Origin: Eledone cirrhosa
Taxonomy: Eukaryota
Assembly (NCBI GenBank): GCA_964016885.1
Contig: OZ024742.1
Span: 321,904,001-321,968,000 of the forward strand
Reading direction: 5' to 3'
DNA length: 64,000 nucleotides
A program made the translations under genes and the position numbers. This document shows, piece by piece, positions 54,256-64,000 of this stretch (position 1 is its first letter; every line of letters begins with the position of its first letter). The notes beneath the pieces are model-generated. The model worked only from the letters and a program-made list of their open reading frames with translations. It was not told the DNA's origin and made no database searches.

Positions 54256-54629
54256 CCTATAACACCCGTCCTTTTATATTTTATTTTATTTTATTTCATT
54301 TTATTTATTGATTGATGTCCAATATAGCCTTCTGTATTAAAGATAGCAAGATGTGATAGGAGGGAAATTTGGGTGTTTTTTCTAGCAAGTCGAGCGATTG
54401 CGTAGAAGCCCGCTGTTATGAAATCCGGGCATAAACAATCAAATAGTGAATCAGATAATATAAACACTTTGGGAGTTATGTATGTGGGAGTTGAACTTGT
54501 GTCAAGCGTTTCTTTCCGAGCCGGAAACCATATAAAAGAGGTTTGAATAAAGTATTAATAGAGAAGTCCCTTACTGCTAACACCAGGTGATTTCTTGCAG
54601 TACATCAAATCAAATCCCATCAATGTTAC

Positions 54630-54758
<129 letters not shown>

Positions 54759-55718
54759 CAAGATCCCATTAACGAATGGGGTGGAGCTCGTCAAATCGGA
54801 CCGAGGAAACAATGTTTCCATTGGTCTTTCCAATTGCTAATACTATCAGTCGGTCGCAAATCAAGCCAGAAGGAGCAACGTGAAATAAAGTGTCTTGTTC
54901 AAGGACATAACGCATCGCCTGGTCTGGGAATCGAAATCACACCCTCATATATATATATCGACCACGAAAAGATGACAGGCGATGTGAACCTCGTATATAA
55001 AACGTTGGATATTTGTTGTTGGGTATTTGCATTCTGAGTTCATATCCACTCTAAGTTCACTTTGTCGTTTAATTTTCTCGGTCTATAAACAATGTACCAG
55101 CTCAATGCTGGTGCAGCTATCTCTCCTTCATGCTGACACATCCTGGATGTTCCACTGGCTTAAAGGAAGGAGAAACAATAGTGTTTTTGCTCGTAACTCC
55201 ATGAGCACATAAAACCCTTAACGAAAATATGGTACATACTACCGAACCATTCTCGATTCAGAGCAACGGGTGTAGTTTATATATTTAAATATATATTTAA
55301 GTGTGCGTGCGGTAGTGGTGGTGGTGCGGGGAGGGGGGCACATACATACACATAAGCATGCACATGTACACATATGATCTGCTTATTATTAGCATCCCGC
55401 CAATCTCGCTTACTCATTCACACTACTCCACTGTGCCTCGTTTCCTTGGTTAATTAATTGAACATATTACCAGTCTCGCAGTCATCACAAATGACCAGCC
55501 ATGTCGTGGTGCTCGATGCTGGATGCTGAGTGCAGAGTGATGGGTGATGGGTGGCGGTGCTTCTCCGTTGGAGTATCGTACTAAGTTAAAGTAACTAGTT
55601 GTGGTGTGTTGGTGTGTGATAGCTGCGCCATCGCTGTTAAACTCATTAGGCTTCGCTTTCATCTTGTATGATCCCGTAACATATACATAACAACATAACA
55701 TGCCATCGCACACAGATA

Positions 55719-55793
<75 letters not shown>

Positions 55794-55805
55794 TTTTGTA
55801 TATGC

Positions 55806-55838
<33 letters not shown>

Positions 55839-56246
55839 AAAGTATATATATATATATACATATGTGTGTGTATGTGTTTATATGTGTGTGTGTGCTTGGG
55901 TTAGGAAACTATTGTTTGACATGAAGATATAAGTACTCAATACATAAAATAGAGAGTTTATATTTTATTAGAAGCCGGTTATGCAGACGTTCGGATGAAA
56001 GAAGTATAGTGAGAGAACAGTAGCAGAAATATTGGCAAACACTTCGAAATATGATTAGTTTTCTAGACTTTTGGGGGTTGCAGGAAATAAACATTTTAAA
56101 AAAATGCATCACACACTCATCTGTTCAATTGTCATATGAAGAACACGTTACATAATCAATTATCTACACGCTATTCTGATATATTCATGTCTTCCGTATC
56201 ATGTGTGTAAAACACACGAAAACAAGGAAGGTGGCTATGGTTAATA

Positions 56247-56325
<79 letters not shown>

Positions 56326-56389
56326 TTCTCTTTCTCTTTCTCTTTCTCTCTGTGATATTTGAATCTACTATGATTTGGACTTCCAAAGA

Positions 56390-56870
56390 ACCAGAAGATT
56401 GACAAGTCGACCCAAAATATGACTAATAGCTCTAAGAAAGCCATGAACGACACCACATCTCTTTAACTTTGATTAAGAAAGTAGGTTTATAATTATTAAT
56501 CTTCATTATACTTTTGTAGCTGTCTCGGCGGCTTAGTTGGCGGAATCATAGACGGTGGTGATCCTGGTCGGAAGTTCGATCCTGGTCGGGAATATGGTTC
56601 CCGTTAAACCTTTCCAGTTTTTTTTCTATGGAATTTAAAATAAAAACTGAAAAAGACTACATGCAACTCTTGACCAGGATTTAACCCAAGGCCAGGATCT
56701 CCCCCGTCTCTAGTACCTACGGCTAGTCGACTGAGACAACTACGAAAACCTTATAAAAATTCATACTTATAAACCTTTCAAAATTTTCAAAACAAAATGA
56801 TGTGGTGTTGTTCATATCTTTCTTAATGTTATTGCTCCTACTTAGGGTCGACTTCTAAATCATTTGGGTG
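56390..56870. mobile_element. Degenerate foldback/MITE-like palindrome
   Basis: aagtcgaccc/gggtcgactt, atgaacgacaccacatc/gatgtggtgttgttcat, gatcctggtc/gaccaggat pair around ~56630. Confidence 0.6.
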
Positions 56871-57149
56871 TTCCATAAACTACATCCTCGTTTTGTTTCT
56901 CATCTATCTAGACTACATTTTAACATGTAATCCATGTTTCATTTCTGTTGCACCTCATTTCTCCGCCTCCCTCTCTTTCTCTTTGTGATATTTGAATCTA
57001 CTATGATTTGGGCTTACCTTATTCATATATATATGTCTTTGCATGTCAGTTAGATTAAACTTACAATGATTGGCATTATATATATATAATAGGAAAAGAG
57101 TCAGGACCCCGACCGCCCATCCCCTTAATCTATTTTATTTCTCATTCTT

Positions 57150-57185
57150 TCTTCTGATGAAGGACTAGCGTCTGAAACGTTAAAA
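57150..57185 (+). ncRNA. Minimal hammerhead motif, PLE type
   Basis: CTGATGA at 57154, a-GGAC-tagc-GTCT, GAAACGTT; stem I weak. Confidence 0.5.
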
Positions 57186-57315
57186 CCCTCTTCCTGCTAT
57201 ATCAAGCGTTAATCTAATATATCCCTTCCATATACTGCACCGATTGTGTTGTTATTTCTGTTTATCTTTTACACACACACACACACACATCAGTATGTAT
57301 GTATGCATGTATTGA

Positions 57316-57397
<82 letters not shown>

Positions 57398-57399
<2 letters not shown>

Positions 57400-58012
57400 T
57401 CCATGGTGGCTGCCAACTCGTTTTCGAGTATGGCCACTACTTCATATCCATGTAGGAGAAACCCTATTGATGCGCTGAACGAGTGTGACTTTTTAGTCCA
57501 GCCTGCGACATGAAAACTCTGGCACAAACACTACACTTGTGACAATTATTGACACATAGTGCTGGGCCCATGATACCATGTGACGACAAGTGCAGAGAGA
57601 TCTCCAGATATAAAGCAATGCCTGTGCCGTGAAGCTTTTATAGTGAGTAAAGGCACTGCACAAAGCCAGTCCCACTCTCTTAACCAAGATGATATTTATC
57701 AAAAAGAAGAACAAGTCAACATCATTGGATACCATCAGGGTTGCAGGTGTTATATCAGAGTTTTCCTTCTCTTAGAATTCTGCCTTGACAAAGGCTAAGG
57801 GGTCATCTCTCCCGGTGATTTTGGATGGCCATTGACTCTTAAGAGCTCCTTTGCCCTTTGACAGGTTTTGTTTTTAGTCCTGCAGGATGTCCAAAGTCAC
57901 CCTCCTCACCAAGAAACCTTGGTGGGGTTGCTAGTTTAGTCGCCAACGACCCGACCATGAGACAGGTTGTACTGGGATACATGTTACCAGTAGCACCAAC
58001 TGGTGACCTGAC
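57398..58012 (-). mobile_element. Non-autonomous RTE-like bipartite element (5' UTR + C2H2-type 3' end), copy 1
   Basis: Near-identical to 61038-61697; bounded by (TA)n and (CATA)n. Confidence 0.65.
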
Positions 58013-58092
58013 ATACATGCATACATACAAACATACATACATGCATACATACATACATACATACATACAAACATACATACATACATACAAAC

Positions 58093-60955
58093 ATCTAAAA
58101 CCACGCAATCAAGATACAAGCAAAAGGCCTGAACCAGCGTGGATGCGAAATTTAAAAAGCAAAATTGTGTCCCTGAGACGAAGTATCTCACACATCGCAG
58201 TCGTTATGAAATGCAACATAGAGAGGAACTTCACACGACACCAGGAAGACCTAAAAAAAAGTTAGAGAGACGATTTGGAGATACAAAATTTAAAACTTCA
58301 AACTCCAAATTACACCAGTTGAAACAACAACTCACAGCTACAACAGAAAGACTGAAATATAAGTCAACAGCACATAAACGACAAGTGCTAAATAGATTGT
58401 TTGCCAGAGATCCTAAATCAGTTTATCGCAGCTTCAGTGGCAAAAGCTCAATCTCTGTAAATGACACCCCTTCAAAAGAACAGGTTGAGAGCTACTGGAG
58501 ATCTGTATGGGAAACGGATGATGGATTCAACAGACAAACTAATTGGCTAAAAGAACTGGAACAGGACTACTGCCAACATGTCCAGACAAAACAATATGAC
58601 ATAGATGGGTCAATACTGGAAACAGCTCTACAGAAAATGTCGAATAGGAAATCACCAGGCCCAGACCTCATTACAGGATACTGATTAAAGAATTTCACTT
58701 TCTATCGGCAAGATCTCATCCGGCTGTTTACAGAAACCATTAAAGGCACACAAGAACTGCCCAGATGGTTATCAACTGCCACTACTCTCCTCATTCCCCA
58801 AAATAGCCAAACCACCCTTGCTAAAAATTACCGCCCAATAGCCTGCCAAAACATCATGTATAAATTATATACTGGGTGCCTTAACCTGTTCTTACAGGAT
58901 AACTGTGCTATCAACAACATCATAACACCTGAGCAAGCTGGTGGAAAGAGGGAGGTGTGGGGTTGCATAGATCACCTACTAACTAATAAAATGATTCAAG
59001 AAAAAACAACAAAGAATCGCAGAAACATGACTGTGGTGTGGCTGGACTATCAAAAAACATTTGATAGTGTACCTCATGGGTGGATTGTTAAGGCTTTACA
59101 GTTAGCCAAAGTCCCACAACCACTGGTAGCTGCTGTTGAACGTCTGACCAAGAACTGGTACACCAATTTGATCCTTAGAGGTGAGAAGGAGCAAGTTAAA
59201 ATTGATAAGATACATTACCAGAAGGGCATCTTTCAGTAGTTTGTCAGTGCTACTCTTCGTTCTCTCACTAAATCCACTATCTTACCTACTCAGGAAACAG
59301 GGTGGACAAAGAAGTGGGTCCAGAAGTATCTCCCATCTTTTCTTTGTTGATGACCTGAAGTTGTATGGGCCAAATATCAATGACATCAAGAAACAATTGG
59401 ACCTCATTACACAATTTTCAACAGATATCAAAATAAAATTTGGTGAGTCCAAGTGTGCATATTTGGCAGTAAAACGTGGAAGAGCTGTGCCCTCCTCTAG
59501 AAATCTAGAGATGAACGGCCTGACAATACAACCTCTACAGTCAAGTGACAACTACAGATATCTTGGACAGGATGAGAATGTCAGATATGATGGACCCATA
59601 AATAAGGAGAGAACCAGAACTGAATACCTCAGAAGAGTAAAGAAAATATGGTCATCAGAACTGTCAGCGTACAACAAATACATTGCCCACAATACTTATG
59701 CTGTGCCAATTCGAACGCCAACATTTGGCCTGCTGAACTGGTCATTGCAAGAACTAAGTGCGATGGATGTTAGAACTCGCAAACTTCTCAGTGTTACTGG
59801 GAACTTTAACACCAATGGCGATGTGGATAGGCTATACTTCTCACGCAAGGAAGGTGGCCGGGGTCTAAAATCCATATTAACATCATATGAGACCCGGATA
59901 GTAACACTGAAGCAACATCTTCAACAGCGGAAAAAGGTTGGCAACCATCTTGCCCAGGTTTATGAGCATGAAAAAAAAATATCATTAGAATAGCCACTGA
60001 TCTGGAGGAGAGATATGGAATAAAGCCTAATATAAATCTCTCACCCAGAGAAATCAGAAGATCCTATTCAATGTTCAAACAAGATGAAAAAATTGACCAA
60101 TTTGCAGAAAAAGTTTTGCATGGATACTTGAGACGTAAAACACAGAGCATAGAGGGGATAAACCACTCAAAAAGCCTGGCATGGAGTTCCGACAAGTTTA
60201 TGACATCACACCTTGAGGGATATCTCTATGCAATACAGGAACAATAACTCCCTACCAAATATCTGCTTCACAAAAGGGGAGGGCCATCAGCTGACAATAA
60301 ATGTAGGCTATGTAAAACAAAGATCGAGGATGTAAACCACATTGTTGCCAGCTGCGAAAGAATGTCATCTCGCTACTACCTCCCCATGAGACACGATGGG
60401 ATAGCTAGAACCATCTGGAACGCACTTCGGAAAACAAAATCAACAACAAACGAGGAAGAATATATTGAGACAGATGGCACTAAGGAATAGTGGTGGAACC
60501 TGAAAATAAAAACTGCCACCAAATTAAAGCACAACCAGCCTGATATTATTGTTTGGGACCACACATTGAAAACGTGTTCTGTTGTGGAGATCAGCTGCCC
60601 AGTTGTGTAAACGTTGTCAGAAAAATACAAGAGAAGGAGGACATCTACGGACCATTGATGAGAAGTTTACAAATCCAATATCCAAGATACACCTTTAGCT
60701 TCATACCCATCATTATTGGAGCTACGGGCTATATACCATCCCGCTTGGACCAAAGTATGACTGAACTTGGATTTGCGAACAAAGAGCGCAGCTCCCTAAT
60801 TCGTAGTCTACAAATGGCTGCGATAGCTGGCACCTTCAAAATTTGCAAAACATTTTTGCGATTCAAGGGATGACAATTTCTTTTCTTTTACAACCTTGCC
60901 ATCAGGAAGGTGGCCGGTCAAAAAAATATACTCGAAATTAAGAGAAAGAGATAAC
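58093..60955 (+). pseudogene. Second R4/Dong-type RT-REL family, 5'-truncated and degenerate, in (CATA)n
   Basis: KSPGPDLI, LDYQKTFDSVPH, KGIFQ, LFFVDDLKL, CRLC..HIVASC, NQPDIIVWD, IPIIIGATG; flanked by (ACAT)n on both sides. Confidence 0.88.
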
Positions 60956-61037
60956 AACATACATACATACATTCATACATACATACATGCATACATACAT
61001 ACACACATACATACATACGTACATACATACGTACATA

Positions 61038-61697
61038 CGTACATGCATACATACATACATGGTGGCTGCCAACTCGTTTTCGAGTACGGCCACTACTTTA
61101 CATCCATGTAGGATAACCCCTACCGAAGCGCTGAACGAGTGTGACTTTTTAGTCCAGCCAGCGACTTGAAACCTCTGGTACAAACACTACACCTGTGACA
61201 ATTATTGACACATAGTGCTAGGCCCATGGTAGGACAATTATTGACACATAGTGCTGGGCCCATGTGAGGACAAGTGCAGAGAGATCTCCAGATATAAAGC
61301 AATGCCTGTGCCGTGAAGCTTTTATAGTGAGCAAAGGCACTGCACAAAGCCAGTCCCACTCTCTTAACCAAGATGCTATTTACCAAAAAGAAGAACAAGT
61401 CAACATCATTGGATACCATCAGGGTTGCAGGTGTTATATCAGAGTTTTCCTTCTCCTAGAATTCTGCCTTGACTAAGGCTAAAGGGGTCATCTCTCCCGG
61501 TGATTTTGGATGGCCATTGACTCTTAAGAGCTCCTTTGCCCTTTGACAGGTTTTGTTTTTAGTCCTGCAGGATGTCCAAAGTCACCCTCCTCACCAAGAA
61601 ACCTTGGTGGGGTTGCCAGTTTAGTCGCCAACGACCCGACCATGAGACAGGTTGTACTGGGATACATGTTACCAGTAGCACCAACTGGTGACCTGAC
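61038..61697 (-). mobile_element. Non-autonomous RTE-like bipartite element, copy 2 (internal 36-bp duplication near 61195-61265)
   Basis: Encodes CSVCTRGFKSLAGLKSHTRS; (ATGT)n tail. Confidence 0.65.
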
Positions 61698-61705
61698 ATA
61701 TATAC

Positions 61706-61737
<32 letters not shown>

Positions 61738-61889
61738 ATATATACATATATATATATACATATACATATATATACATACATATATACATATATATATATA
61801 CATATATATATATACACATATACATATATATATATATACATATACATATATATACATATATATATATACATATATATATATACATATAC

Positions 61890-61924
<35 letters not shown>

Positions 61925-62013
61925 CACATATATATATATATACATATACATATATATATATACACATATATATATATACATATATATACATACATATATA
62001 TACACATACATAC

Positions 62014-62049
<36 letters not shown>

Positions 62050-62293
62050 ATACATATATATATATACATACATATATATATACATACATACACACATATA
62101 TACATACATATGCATACATATATATACATATACATACATATATATACATATACATACATATACATACATATATATACATATATATATACATATATATACA
62201 TACATATATATATATACATATATACATACATATATATATATACATATATATATACATACATATATATATATACATATATATATATACATATAT

Positions 62294-62332
<39 letters not shown>

Positions 62333-62483
62333 TATAAACATATATATATATACATATATATATACATACATATATATATACATACATATATATATATACA
62401 TATATATATACATACATATATATATATACATATATATATATACATATATATATACATATATATATATATACATATATATAAAC

Positions 62484-62514
<31 letters not shown>

Positions 62515-62554
62515 CATATATATAAACATATATAAACATATATATATAAACATA

Positions 62555-62588
<34 letters not shown>

Positions 62589-62604
62589 CATATATATATA
62601 CATA

Positions 62605-62642
<38 letters not shown>

Positions 62643-62761
62643 CAAACATATATATACATACATATATATATATACATATATATATACATATATATATATA
62701 CATATACATATATATATATACATATACATATATATACATATATATATACATATATATATAC

Positions 62762-62808
<47 letters not shown>

Positions 62809-62951
62809 CATATACATATATACATATACATATATATACATACACACATACATATATATATATACATATATATATATATACATATACATATATATATATA
62901 CATATACATATATATACATATATATATATACATACATATATATACATATAC

Positions 62952-62986
<35 letters not shown>

Positions 62987-63223
62987 CACATATATATATA
63001 TATACATATACATATATATATATACATATATATATATATACACATATATACATACATATATATACATATACATACATATATATACATATATATATATATA
63101 TATACATACACATATATATATACATACATATATATATATATACATACATATATATATACATACATATGCATACATATATATACATATACATACATACATA
63201 TACATATACATACATATACATAC

Positions 63224-63254
<31 letters not shown>

Positions 63255-63369
63255 CATACATATATATATATACATATATACATACATATATATATATACA
63301 TATATATATACATACATATATATATATACATATATATATATACATATATATACATACATATATATAAAC

Positions 63370-63412
<43 letters not shown>

Positions 63413-63563
63413 TATAAACATATATATATATACATATATATATACATACATATATATATACATACATATATACATATACATATATATATACATACATATA
63501 TATATATACATATATATATATACATATATATATACATATATACATATATACATATATATAAAC

Positions 63564-63594
<31 letters not shown>

Positions 63595-63684
63595 CATATA
63601 TATAAACATATATAAACATATATATATAAACATATATATATATATATATATACATATATATACATATACATATATATATACATA

Positions 63685-63722
<38 letters not shown>

Positions 63723-63841
63723 CAAACATATATATACATACATATATATATATACATATATATATACATATATATATATACATATACATATATATATATA
63801 CATATACATATATATACATATATATATACATATATATATAC

Positions 63842-63888
<47 letters not shown>

Positions 63889-64000
63889 CATATACATATA
63901 TATATATACATATACATATATATATATACATATATATATATACATATATATATATACATATATATATATACATATATATATATACATATATATATATATA
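61698..64000. repeat. >2.3-kb compound (TA)n/(TACA)n satellite running off the window end
   Basis: Direct reading. Confidence 0.95.

Noticed and set aside
61524-63987. ~800-aa ORFs and all other YI/CV/HT/SL/RE/FL-repeat ORFs in the window
   Set aside because: Translations of microsatellites that lack stop codons; no protein features

Overview
Repeat-saturated, AT-rich animal (non-prokaryotic) genomic DNA. The SINE, Helitron and microsatellite content suggests an octopus/cephalopod, but this is an inference. No host gene can be supported, and all real coding sequence is transposon-derived. Contents: an L1-superfamily Tx1-clade LINE (full-length copy at 31.7-37.7 kb with intact ORF2, plus a head-to-tail array of 5 truncated copies at 7.2-13.1 kb); two R4/Dong-type RT-REL families (an inverted pair at 25.5-31.7 kb, a second family at 58-61 kb); Penelope-like GIY-YIG elements; an intact D,D34D mariner; RTE-derived fragments; non-autonomous Helitrons; tRNA-derived SINEs; mini- and microsatellites. 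The most notable patterns are: (i) each retroelement family sits in and ends in its own microsatellite type ((ATCT)n, (ATT/AAT)n, (CATA)n, (TA)n); (ii) a full-length Tx1 is preceded by a near-identical copy of its own 3' UTR (pseudo-LTR); (iii) several hammerhead and HDV-like ribozyme motifs; (iv) recurrent (TA)n-centred palindromes. Coordinates were read by eye and element edges are approximate.
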